The notes under the pieces were generated by a model, which saw nothing but the letters and a program-made list of their open reading frames with translations, was not told the origin of the DNA and ran no database searches. This document shows, piece by piece, positions 29,179 through 38,470 of a stretch of DNA of 64,000 nt. Each line of letters starts with the position of its first letter. Within the stretch, counting starts at the first letter, position 1. This DNA is from a virus. The translations under genes and the position numbers were made by a program. The stretch lies in the IMG/VR virus record IMGVR_UViG_3300020048_000014, positions 96,001-160,000 of that record. The stretch is one strand, 5' to 3'.

Positions 29179-30819
29179 ATGACTTCTATAAATTTTGACT
29201 ATTTTGTTGAACGTGGGACTATTTTGACAGAAATGGCTAGACTCGCAACATTGTCGGGGGTAAAAAACCCTCCCCCAGCTCTAGTGAAAGCGTATGCAGA
29301 ATTAAGAACTGTTTTAGGAAAGAAATATGGATATGATCGATCATCATCAATTGATTGTATTGTTTTCTCATTCATTTATCAAGAATTATCCAATGATACT
29401 AGTCCTGAACATAATGCTTTGTGGAGAAGTGCTAAAAAAAATTGTCCCCAAAGAAAAAATGCTGCACTATCTATATTAGATGATTTAAATTCCAAAGGAT
29501 ATGATTTCACGGAACTTATTTCAGCAATGCATGATGAAGACAAAGTAAACGGGTTTGTTGAAAGCTGGCAGAATAGTGATGGTTCGAGAAATAAGGGAAT
29601 TGAAAATGTATTGAGCAAAGCTGGCTCTTCTCGAAAAGAATATATGCAATTAGCATCTGAGCTAAAACCCATAATCGCCCAAATGATGAGGGAGATGGGG
29701 TGGAGAAAAACCTCACGAACACGACGAGGAGAAAAATCCAAATATTTCAAAATTCCTTCTTCGACCCCGAAAGAATCAGATAATCAAGAATCATTTGAAT
29801 TAAAATCCGACCCTAATTTTGCAAATACTGAGTTGGTTTTAGATGCCATTGAACTTCTAGAATCCTATAATGATACAGTATCTTCAACTATCAAACAAAT
29901 AAAACAATTATATCAACAGAGATTAGATGATGGTAAACCTATAAGCAGAGAAAAGTTTTTATCACACATGGTGAAAAATATTTCATCTATACCAAATGCT
30001 AATATCAAATCAGAATTAATAGATTTGGTTAAATTATTTAAAGAATTGGAAAGCGATATTGCCGAAATTGAAGACCCCGACACTGAAATGGGTAGTATCG
30101 CCCTAATGATCAATAATATGAATATGTCTGATTCTGTAACATCATCGGACTTACCAGAGAACATATCTATCGACAACGATATTCTTTTAAAATATTTGAA
30201 GGATAGTGATATTTTGAACAAGTTTAAATTATTACTAAATCTGAAAAAGGAATTAGATCAAGACTATGCCTCCAAAAAGCTCGAAAAAATTAAAATGGCG
30301 ACTGAATTTGAACCAGATGTAACAAAATCTTCTTCCGGTAATCAACAAACTATCATATTTGCTAAGGAAAAAGAAATTGAACAAAAGCAAGCATCTGGTG
30401 AAGATGTATCTAAAGATTTGATTGATCTATCCAAGATGAAGAAAAGATTGGAGTATATCGACTCCGCTGCTTCTAGTAATACTCCACAAGTAAAATCAGC
30501 AAATCAACTTGGTGGTCAATTAAAGGCTCTGAATCGACAATTAGAATTATTGCAAAATGATTTAAGTAAAGCTGTGGATGAAGAAGATAAAGCCCCCATT
30601 CAAAGAAAAATTGATGGTCTAGAAAAGCTATATGATAAACTGACAGGTGATTTGATGGACGCTAAGGAACGTGAATCCACAATGTCAGAATCCGTTCTAT
30701 CTTATATGGAAGAACAAGTCTTTAGAGACAACAAATTCGGATCACAAAAAGGTCAATTTGTTGATAGAGGATTCAAGAAATTTAAAAACTATAACCATTG
30801 GTTTAACGCAAATGAGTGA
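29179..30819 (+). CDS. Coiled-coil hypothetical protein, candidate head-internal/ejected protein
   Basis: 546 aa, N-terminus NFDYFVERGTILTEMAR, helical C-terminal half. Confidence 0.6.
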   Translation: MTSINFDYFVERGTILTEMARLATLSGVKNPPPALVKAYAELRTVLGKKYGYDRSSSIDCIVFSFIYQELSNDTSPEHNALWRSAKKNCPQRKNAALSILDDLNSKGYDFTELISAMHDEDKVNGFVESWQNSDGSRNKGIENVLSKAGSSRKEYMQLASELKPIIAQMMREMGWRKTSRTRRGEKSKYFKIPSSTPKESDNQESFELKSDPNFANTELVLDAIELLESYNDTVSSTIKQIKQLYQQRLDDGKPISREKFLSHMVKNISSIPNANIKSELIDLVKLFKELESDIAEIEDPDTEMGSIALMINNMNMSDSVTSSDLPENISIDNDILLKYLKDSDILNKFKLLLNLKKELDQDYASKKLEKIKMATEFEPDVTKSSSGNQQTIIFAKEKEIEQKQASGEDVSKDLIDLSKMKKRLEYIDSAASSNTPQVKSANQLGGQLKALNRQLELLQNDLSKAVDEEDKAPIQRKIDGLEKLYDKLTGDLMDAKERESTMSESVLSYMEEQVFRDNKFGSQKGQFVDRGFKKFKNYNHWFNANE

Positions 30820-31246
30820 ATTTGATAAATTATATAAACAGTTGATGTTGGAGATGGCTAGACCAGTCACAATTCTACAACATAATCAAACATTGCAAGG
30901 TGCCTATGCGAAAGCTTTAAAGGTTATGCGGGCTACTGGACAAAAGAATGCTCCAACCTTTGCTATTTGGGATTATATTTGGAGATGTTTACCAGATTCT
31001 ATAAAAACACAGGATTTAGTTGACCAGAAAAGGAAAACCAGTTCCCCGACTCTTAAATTTTTCATCATAGATATATTAAAAAAGCTGCCTCCCGAAATTG
31101 AGAGACAGCTTATTAATGATTTGGGTGATGATGCTAGAGTAAAACAATACGTTCTTCGTCCTCTTAATGATAGAGGGTCTAGAGCAATCGGAAAAGCTAG
31201 GGCAGTTGGAACAGATTATTCTCCGAAGTCTATTCCTCTGAGGTGA
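30812..31246 (+). CDS. Hypothetical protein
   Basis: ATG MSEFDKLYKQLMLEMAR overlaps the upstream stop and shares EMAR with the upstream gene. Confidence 0.65.
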   Translation: MSEFDKLYKQLMLEMARPVTILQHNQTLQGAYAKALKVMRATGQKNAPTFAIWDYIWRCLPDSIKTQDLVDQKRKTSSPTLKFFIIDILKKLPPEIERQLINDLGDDARVKQYVLRPLNDRGSRAIGKARAVGTDYSPKSIPLR

Positions 31247-32432
31247 CTTCTAGTTTATCGAGTTTATCAGAAACTTTTTTCTTAAGCTTCCTTAGTTCAT
31301 CTAAGGGATTTGAAGGTTTTTCTTCAACTACTTCTTCGATATCATCCTCCTCTTCTGGAAGCTCCTCATCTTCTTTAAGATTACCATAAGACCATTCTTT
31401 TTTAATACGACTCTCAAGTTCGGGTAGAAGTGTATTATCCCATAGATCTTTGTCACCTTTCCAATTCTTATAAAATCCTAATTTTTCCCCGCTCCAATCA
31501 TAATAAATAGATCCTTTATTTTCGACAACGCCCATCCCCTTCATAATCTCAAGCAGACCGTAATATCTATTAAGTCCAGTTGAAAATGATAGATACATTT
31601 CACACTCAAGATACTGCTTCATGAAGCGATTCTTAGTTGTAAGTGCTCTGACTACAATACCGGAGTATTTCTTCTGAGCGACTGCTAGTTTAGAATCCAA
31701 TGTCTTACCATCATCATCAGCTACTAGTTTTCTGGCTAGCTGAACAGTTACCGATGGTAGATAAATACACGATTTACCACATGCGATATTGTTTTCAATA
31801 GATGGAAACATCTGAGCAGGATTATCAAAAACATGATTACTGAAAATAATCGGAGTTTTTGTAATTGTTGACATGTTAGTACAGGTAGTCAGTAATGATT
31901 TAACTGCTTTGGCTTTACTACCCATATCTGACGACACCGATTCCTTTTCCATACGAGTTAGATCCATTTCCGATTGAAGATTAGCCAAGGAATCAATGGC
32001 AATAATAAATTTACCTTCAAGACCCTTTTCTTTAACTCCTTTCAAGAATTTATAGATAGCATTTTTGGTCTGCTCTACAGTTACTGATGTAATATACTTC
32101 ACTTTGCTTGGATCTAATCCAAATGCAATTGCAGTTTTTTGATTGATCGCATTTTCGCTATCAAAAATTACTACAGTCATTCCCATTTTCTGAGCATTTG
32201 CTAGAATCTGTAGAATAAAATAGCTTTTCCCGCACATACTAGGACCAGCGAATTGGACGAGTCTGCCTTTTGGAATACCTCCAAAAAGTGAACCGGAAAT
32301 AATAGCATTTAATGCATAATTTCCAGTATCGATCCATTCATCGACCTCTGATAAAGTCGAGTCGTTCAAAAAAGTAGCGTATGGATTCACGCTATCAATT
32401 TCGGCCAATGCTGACAATATATCTCTATCCAT
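31230..32432 (-). CDS. uvsX: RecA-like recombinase (UvsX)
   Basis: GPSMCGKS, IFDSE, IAIDSL, FSNHV, KNRF. Confidence 0.95.
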   Translation of the reverse strand: MDRDILSALAEIDSVNPYATFLNDSTLSEVDEWIDTGNYALNAIISGSLFGGIPKGRLVQFAGPSMCGKSYFILQILANAQKMGMTVVIFDSENAINQKTAIAFGLDPSKVKYITSVTVEQTKNAIYKFLKGVKEKGLEGKFIIAIDSLANLQSEMDLTRMEKESVSSDMGSKAKAVKSLLTTCTNMSTITKTPIIFSNHVFDNPAQMFPSIENNIACGKSCIYLPSVTVQLARKLVADDDGKTLDSKLAVAQKKYSGIVVRALTTKNRFMKQYLECEMYLSFSTGLNRYYGLLEIMKGMGVVENKGSIYYDWSGEKLGFYKNWKGDKDLWDNTLLPELESRIKKEWSYGNLKEDEELPEEEDDIEEVVEEKPSNPLDELRKLKKKVSDKLDKLEVTSEE

Positions 32433-32434
32433 AA

Positions 32435-32779
32435 TTATAGGTCATCAATAGAAATCACGCGAGGGGAAGATGTTTTTGGTTCTTCTGGTGGAGTGTTAAT
32501 CTTCTCGTATTGAGAGAGAATACGTTCATCGAGAATTACGTTACTAGTAACTACACTTGATTTGGTATATGTCCAAGCATTCTTGTCTCGATTAGCCTTA
32601 TCGATAAACTCAAAGAAGAAGACTGGGAATGTTTGAACTTCAAGTTGACCACTTTGTTGTGGTTGAACATGAAGAATTACTGGATTCTCAATTGTAATTG
32701 TTGAGTCGGTTTCCTCGACTAGTTTTCCAATGATGTTACGACCTACATGGTCGATTAGTGCTACGTGTTTGTTTGTCAT
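32435..32779 (-). CDS. Hypothetical protein (possible Sm/SH3-like beta-barrel)
   Basis: IIGKLVEETDSTITIENPVIL. ATG MTNKH at 32779. Confidence 0.65.
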   Translation of the reverse strand: MTNKHVALIDHVGRNIIGKLVEETDSTITIENPVILHVQPQQSGQLEVQTFPVFFFEFIDKANRDKNAWTYTKSSVVTSNVILDERILSQYEKINTPPEEPKTSSPRVISIDDL

Positions 32780-32798
32780 ACAGTTATAATTTACCATA

Positions 32799-33050
32799 CT
32801 ATTGTTGAGAGTCAACTAATTCTTGACCTTTTTTCAGTTCTTTTCTCGCGTATTTCGCTAAATTACTCTTCGGGTTATTTGCTAATCCATTGACGTAATC
32901 CAATTGAATTTTTAGAGCATTTTTTAATGACTCTAATTTAGGATTATTGAATGTGTCTAGAGGTTGATTATATATCAATTGTGTCAAAATCTTGATTGTG
33001 ATGGCTTCACTATCTTCAAGGCCGCGTATGTAAGCTTCATTTATTGTCAT
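32799..33050 (-). CDS. Hypothetical protein
   Basis: 83-aa ORF. Confidence 0.65.
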   Translation of the reverse strand: MTINEAYIRGLEDSEAITIKILTQLIYNQPLDTFNNPKLESLKNALKIQLDYVNGLANNPKSNLAKYARKELKKGQELVDSQQ

Positions 33051-33219
33051 TGGTGCATTCTTCTAAAAGTTTAATAAAATTGGGTGAGGTGTTCCAGCAA
33101 GCCATTGTAGATAATGACACAATCTCAGCGGAAATAATCTCGGGAAATGTTCTCCTAATCATAGGAATCAAAATCTTGGGCAGTTTATTCTCCATATCTA
33201 TATCTTCATTAATCGTCAT
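33037..33219 (-). CDS. Mini-ORF containing a T4-type major capsid (gp23)-like peptide
   Basis: ILIPMIRRTFPEIISAEIVS resembles the gp23 motif L(I/V)RRxxPxLIAx(D/E)I(V/C)xVQPM. Confidence 0.5.
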   Translation of the reverse strand: MTINEDIDMENKLPKILIPMIRRTFPEIISAEIVSLSTMACWNTSPNFIKLLEECTNDNK

Positions 33220-35767
33220 CGCTTAAGAAATCCTCTAGTTCAATTTTCACATTTTCGTTTGGTTTACGCAGCTTCCAATTAACGACTTCGTAAAATCTTT
33301 GAATTGCTGCGAAAACCATCTTATCAAACATCTTTTCATAATCAACCTGAAAAATATTTTTAAACTCTTCTGGATATTCTTCTCTAAACCCAATGACTGA
33401 TAAATTATACTTATTTGGAGTTTTGACATATACGCTGCGGACCTTATCCCCAGACTTAAACTTTTGATATTTGGAAACCAAGTTCAATTGTCCCATAATA
33501 TAATCATGATGATATGCTGCCTTTAAAGCGAAAGGCATTTTTGATGCGGTTTGTAGCCCAGAACACAACTTCGAATACTTCTCAAAGTTGTTCATACCAC
33601 TAATTTTGCATATATCCTCAATTGGTAAAGTTTTGAATATCTCATATGCTTCATTAAACAGTTTATTTGTCTCTTGTAAGTTCTGAGACAAAATCATATG
33701 TTCGATGATCTTCTTAATATGGGGCTTAATTACCTTCGGCATGGTGGTTTTTACCACATCGACACCTTTATATTTGAACTTATCAACAGGAATTCCCTCA
33801 TCGTCTAGACTATGTAAAACATAGTATTTCTTACCAATAAAAACACCAGAATCACAAATAGCTTCTCTCTTAAAGACGAATCTAGGATCAGTGCTTCTCA
33901 GGCTTTTTGTAGCCCATTTGGTCATACCCTCATTGATATATTCTTCGATTCGATCACATAGAGCATAGAATTCTGGAGTAATTAAACCATTTTCTCCTTT
34001 CAATGGAATATCATAATCCTCAAAAATTTGCAATGAGGTGTAGATACTGTCAGTATCATTATAAATAACCGAGTTGTTTTTCTTTATAGTGTTCGAATCT
34101 TCACAAGCGTCATCTAAAAACTGTAGAAATAGCTTATTACTTTCTTTGATTGCTGCTTGTCCGGTCATCGTGACAGACGTTCCAATATCTTCATCTCCCA
34201 TGGGGGCATACTTGTTCAACATATAACCATAAAGGCTATTCAAGTGAATTTTATAAGCATATTGGATGGTGTCAAATTTTTGTGCTGACTCTTTATCTCC
34301 TCGTTTTTTAGCCTCGGTCATTCTGGCTTTCATTTCTTTACGTTTGGTGTAAAGCATGTCCAAGAATTCTGGCACAATCCCGATTCTTTTCTGCGAAAAC
34401 AAATGACCGGATTTTGATAATGCCGCCTTTTCCTCGCATATATACTTTAAGAAATTCTCCTTCGACAATTCAAAGGTTCTACCAGATACATGATAAATGT
34501 TGACAATATCACCATGTTGTTCGACTCTACCAATTTTGGTTTCCGGTGACAAATTCAATGAAATCATCACAGATGGGTATAGGGAGTTTGCATCAAATGA
34601 TACAATGTTCTTAGAAAATCCAATAATAGGATCTGATACATAGCCTCCGGGTGCTCTATAGTCGGTTACAGGCTTAATGAACGTGGGGATACATTCTCCT
34701 CGTTCTCTTGCCTTAATAGCGATAGCACCATTCATACATGGAACCGTTTTGATGGCGTTTTCCAAGCTACATAAACCAGTATATGCGAGAAATCGTAAGA
34801 GGGAAATATAGTCCAATTTAGCATCTAATTTAACTACTAAATCAACATCGCGGATACAGTAACGGCAAAAAGTATTCCAATCATCCCTAGCCAAATCCCA
34901 AAGACTTCCAGAATACTCTACTTTATTCTCTCCCACTTCAACCTCCCCGATATAATCCAATTTATAGGACTCTTGTTTTTCCATGTTGAATTTCTGATAC
35001 ATCACATAATAGTCCAAACATGACATACCCTCAATTACATACTCAGTGGTGGATTGTCCAAATTTTCCATTAGGGTTCACCTTTTCATAAATTCTTCCAA
35101 TAGGCGATAATTCATCGGCCCAATCTTTCCCTAGTTCAAATGTGATTCGGTTGATTAGATATGGAATATCGAAGTTGTTGCTATTGTAACCGCACAATAC
35201 GTCTGGATAATCCGATGAAATATGACCAATAAATCTTTTCAATAAATCGTGTTCAGATTTACAATGAAAGTAATCAGTAATAGTATCGTCTGGAATGAAT
35301 TTTTTTAACCCAAAAATTGTTCTCCTTTTTGTCAAGGAGTCATAGCAGACAATTAAATTAATTACCTGCTCGGCTAGTGTGGGTTCTGGAAAAACGCCCC
35401 CCGATATATTCGGATTTGATGGACATTCCAAATCCAAAAAACAAACTTTCAATGGATTTTTAGAAAAATCATCATTCTCACAATCTCTGTAATATTCATC
35501 GATTAAGAATTGTTGATACGGTGGTAAGTTTTCGAAGATTCTTTTGATTCCAGACTCTTTTACAAATTTACCCCTATCGTATTGGGTTTCGAATTCTTTT
35601 TTCTTTAGAGGTGTTCCATAGATGCTTTTATCTTTACCATTCTTATCTTCCAGAAGAAGATAAGGTTTGTATGGTATTTCTTGTTTTACCCGATTTCCTT
35701 TTGAATCCCAAGTCCACAAATGGATGGCTTTACTTCTTTGTTCATACACGCAATTCCTGTAACTCAT
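33209..35767 (-). CDS. gp43: Family B DNA polymerase (T4 gp43-like)
   Basis: Exo I FLDLE, GYNSNNFD, YCIRD. Polymerase motifs SFDANSLYPS, KIHLNSLYG, YNDTDS, KKYY, KGVD. Confidence 0.97.
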   Translation of the reverse strand: MSYRNCVYEQRSKAIHLWTWDSKGNRVKQEIPYKPYLLLEDKNGKDKSIYGTPLKKKEFETQYDRGKFVKESGIKRIFENLPPYQQFLIDEYYRDCENDDFSKNPLKVCFLDLECPSNPNISGGVFPEPTLAEQVINLIVCYDSLTKRRTIFGLKKFIPDDTITDYFHCKSEHDLLKRFIGHISSDYPDVLCGYNSNNFDIPYLINRITFELGKDWADELSPIGRIYEKVNPNGKFGQSTTEYVIEGMSCLDYYVMYQKFNMEKQESYKLDYIGEVEVGENKVEYSGSLWDLARDDWNTFCRYCIRDVDLVVKLDAKLDYISLLRFLAYTGLCSLENAIKTVPCMNGAIAIKARERGECIPTFIKPVTDYRAPGGYVSDPIIGFSKNIVSFDANSLYPSVMISLNLSPETKIGRVEQHGDIVNIYHVSGRTFELSKENFLKYICEEKAALSKSGHLFSQKRIGIVPEFLDMLYTKRKEMKARMTEAKKRGDKESAQKFDTIQYAYKIHLNSLYGYMLNKYAPMGDEDIGTSVTMTGQAAIKESNKLFLQFLDDACEDSNTIKKNNSVIYNDTDSIYTSLQIFEDYDIPLKGENGLITPEFYALCDRIEEYINEGMTKWATKSLRSTDPRFVFKREAICDSGVFIGKKYYVLHSLDDEGIPVDKFKYKGVDVVKTTMPKVIKPHIKKIIEHMILSQNLQETNKLFNEAYEIFKTLPIEDICKISGMNNFEKYSKLCSGLQTASKMPFALKAAYHHDYIMGQLNLVSKYQKFKSGDKVRSVYVKTPNKYNLSVIGFREEYPEEFKNIFQVDYEKMFDKMVFAAIQRFYEVVNWKLRKPNENVKIELEDFLSDDD

Positions 35768-35777
35768 TAGTATGCTT

Positions 35778-35805
35778 ACTATACTCAGAGAATCATATTT
35801 GTCAA
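35778..35805 (-). promoter_or_regulatory. Sigma70-type promoter of the DNA polymerase
   Basis: TTGACA-16 bp-TATAGT, 10 nt before ATG 35767. Confidence 0.75.
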
Positions 35806-35847
35806 TACCGAATATCGAAAATACATACGGTATTATTAAATATTGCT

Positions 35848-36567
35848 ATGTTACGAGAAGATGCTCGAAATCTTAAACTTATTTATGAAAGAATGATAAT
35901 CTTACAAGAATCCATAACTTTTGAAATCGAATCAAATGAATATGACACTCCGAAAACTTTATTCGACATATGTTGGATTTTAAATAAAAAGTTTAGGGAA
36001 TATATAATAAATAACTCTAAGTATACTACTCAGACATATCGTTCCAAATTTGGAGATGAAAGAGTCACGCCGGATGGTGAAGATTACGATAAAACATCAG
36101 GTATTATTAATGTATATGTTCATGATTTACCATCCAAGATAATTTCAAAAATTTTATCGATGATAATTTATCATATTGGTGAATATGGTGAAGTTTTACA
36201 AGAACCTTATCTTGATAAATCTAGAGTTCATGGCGGTGGAGTATATCGAATTAAAACGAGAATTGATGTTGATACGCCATCTTTACCATCATTAAATTTA
36301 TCTAATGATAATGCTAATATTATTTTGAAGATATTAGGGTTGGGCAATAATTCTCATCGAATTTTAGCCACAGAATTACTGTCAAAGATTCAAAATGTTA
36401 TAAACAATAAATCATTAATACAAAATTTTACAAGAGATACTGAATCAGTTGAAAATTTCACATCATTCGGATTGACCGAATCGAGAATTAATGATATTTT
36501 ATTGAAATTAAAAAATATTTGCGAGAATGCGATTAAAAGTAATAATGCTTATATAAGCATCGGTTAA
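35848..36567 (+). CDS. Hypothetical protein, candidate head-internal protein
   Basis: ATG MLREDARNLKLIYE lies 5 nt after TAAATA (35837-35842). The longer track ORF overlaps pol and is unlikely. Confidence 0.65.
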   Translation: MLREDARNLKLIYERMIILQESITFEIESNEYDTPKTLFDICWILNKKFREYIINNSKYTTQTYRSKFGDERVTPDGEDYDKTSGIINVYVHDLPSKIISKILSMIIYHIGEYGEVLQEPYLDKSRVHGGGVYRIKTRIDVDTPSLPSLNLSNDNANIILKILGLGNNSHRILATELLSKIQNVINNKSLIQNFTRDTESVENFTSFGLTESRINDILLKLKNICENAIKSNNAYISIG

Positions 36568-36571
36568 TTAT

Positions 36572-37759
36572 TTAATTCCACATCTTTAAGAACTTTCTAT
36601 CTGGACTACTGAAGGGAGTATTCAGGCTTTCCACAAAACTTCCTATATTCTGTTCAAGTTCAAGGAATCGAGAAGCACCAACTTTTCGCAATTCAGGAAT
36701 TAAGCGATAATATCCAGCTTTATTCTTCAGAATTTTTTGGATTTTATCCTCTAAATCTTCTGCTGTTGTAAATCGTAAGAAATCTGGAGCGGTTGAATAT
36801 GTTACAAGATCTTGACATAAACAAGGAATACCTAATTGTGCAGCTTCGATAAATTTAATGTCGGATTTTGACTTATTAAAGTTATTGTCTTGTAGTGGAG
36901 CAATGAATAATTGAGCATTCAAAGAAGCTAAGAATGTGGGGTATTCGAGGAGGTTTTTCCATGGGTGGAACTCAATCTCCCTAGAGACAACATAAGGCTG
37001 TAGAGGTGGCGGATATGCGCCAATAAAGACAAACTGATACTTGTGACGATTATCAATAATAAACTTAACGACATGTTCAAAATCATCCTTTTGACCGACC
37101 GCATTTTTCATGTCAAAATGTGCTCCTGAACCAGCGTAGACGATTCTTGGTTTCTTTTTAAACTTATCGAAACTATTACAAATCTTCTGATAATCATATT
37201 GATGCCCTATCCACCAATAAGGCATAAAATTAGGAACTGCGGTGATTTCTTTCTTTCCGGTTTTTTCGATATAAAGATCACGCATGAATTTACATGTTAC
37301 TGTGACCTCATCAACCATGTTGATCATATCGACACAATTTTGACGAATACTATCATCGTCAAAACCGTGCTTGGACGCATTGTAATCAGGAATTTCTTCA
37401 CGGAAAACGACATCATCTACTTCATAAATCAATTTGAATCCCATTTCTGGTTGAATCGATTTCAGGAATTTTATAAATTCCTTCTGATGATCTGATGCTT
37501 GTCTTTGGAGAGTGATTGTTTTAATATCTCGGTAAAAGGATTTATCTAAAACCATTTTAGTAGTAGACATTGAATCCCCAATACCTGTCATATTTATATG
37601 ATTTTCGACGAATCCTCTGCGATAACTCGCACATCCATCACGACCAGCCAAAAAATTCAAATACCTATTCTCTTTAGGCTGCTGATGTTGAATAATTGAA
37701 ATATTATTCTGATATGGATTACTAGGAAAAGGATTTACAAAAGGTGAATTTGAAAACAT
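36572..37759 (-). CDS. Glycosyltransferase (GT-B fold, GT4/Glycos_transf_1-like)
   Basis: DGCASYR, IYEVDD, IVYAGSGAH, FIAPLQDNNFNKSKSDIKFIEAAQLGIPCL. Confidence 0.85.
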   Translation of the reverse strand: MFSNSPFVNPFPSNPYQNNISIIQHQQPKENRYLNFLAGRDGCASYRRGFVENHINMTGIGDSMSTTKMVLDKSFYRDIKTITLQRQASDHQKEFIKFLKSIQPEMGFKLIYEVDDVVFREEIPDYNASKHGFDDDSIRQNCVDMINMVDEVTVTCKFMRDLYIEKTGKKEITAVPNFMPYWWIGHQYDYQKICNSFDKFKKKPRIVYAGSGAHFDMKNAVGQKDDFEHVVKFIIDNRHKYQFVFIGAYPPPLQPYVVSREIEFHPWKNLLEYPTFLASLNAQLFIAPLQDNNFNKSKSDIKFIEAAQLGIPCLCQDLVTYSTAPDFLRFTTAEDLEDKIQKILKNKAGYYRLIPELRKVGASRFLELEQNIGSFVESLNTPFSSPDRKFLKMWN

Positions 37760-37784
37760 GTCGATATTTATTCGACATGTTTTC
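37752..37784. promoter_or_regulatory. Perfect 13-bp inverted repeat with the TAAATA box as loop, covering the GT start codon
   Basis: gaaaacatgtcga-TATTTAT-tcgacatgttttc. A TTGACA lies 16 bp upstream of the box on the - strand. Confidence 0.85.
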
Positions 37785-37794
37785 TATGTCAATA

Positions 37795-38457
37795 TCAATC
37801 TCCATCTCTTCTCTGCCATGCCGGGACTCTTGGTGGGGGCATACTACTATCCAAGTCGATTGATCTTGTTCTAGGTTTATTACCTGCCATCATATCGGCC
37901 ATTAGTCTTGCATTTTTAGCTTTTTCTCTAGCTTCTTGGTCTATCGCGGATAATTCATCTTCGCCCAATTCATCTTTAACAAACTCATCATATGATTTAA
38001 ATTCATCTTCTTTTCCACTATATAAATTAGGATCAAATTTATATTCGTGATTATAATCTTTTATACGATCTAAAATAGCATCAATAGCAGGTTTATATTC
38101 GGGTCTAAAATTTCTATCCCATGTACTAAAAATTTTAAATTTTGGCCATAATCTAAATTTAGTCTGCCCTGAATAACCTAAATTGTATATATCGTCAAAT
38201 GAATCAAAATTATGTATCAAATCTGGAACATCTTCTAAGTTATTATTTGTTATATACCTTAGTAATGTACTATGTCCTATTATTTGTTTAGACATTAAAA
38301 ATTTACCATTCATATACATGAGTCCAGTATAATTACCAAGATCTGAATTATCATAACTATAATAGTTATCTCCTAAAGTGAGCGTATCTGGATTTTCTTT
38401 TATAATACGAGTATTATACAAATTATATAAAAAATTATTTTCTTCGGAAAGTAGCAT
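37795..38457 (-). CDS. Hypothetical protein, candidate head-internal protein
   Basis: MLLSEENNFLYNLYNTRIIKEN, with TAAATA 5 nt upstream. Confidence 0.65.
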   Translation of the reverse strand: MLLSEENNFLYNLYNTRIIKENPDTLTLGDNYYSYDNSDLGNYTGLMYMNGKFLMSKQIIGHSTLLRYITNNNLEDVPDLIHNFDSFDDIYNLGYSGQTKFRLWPKFKIFSTWDRNFRPEYKPAIDAILDRIKDYNHEYKFDPNLYSGKEDEFKSYDEFVKDELGEDELSAIDQEAREKAKNARLMADMMAGNKPRTRSIDLDSSMPPPRVPAWQRRDGD

Positions 38458-38470
38458 TAATATATTTATC

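Noticed and set aside
35611-35847. Long 5' extension of the + strand ORF overlapping the polymerase
   Set aside because: It overlaps pol and its promoter. ATG 35848 has the TAAATA box and a family-type N-terminus.
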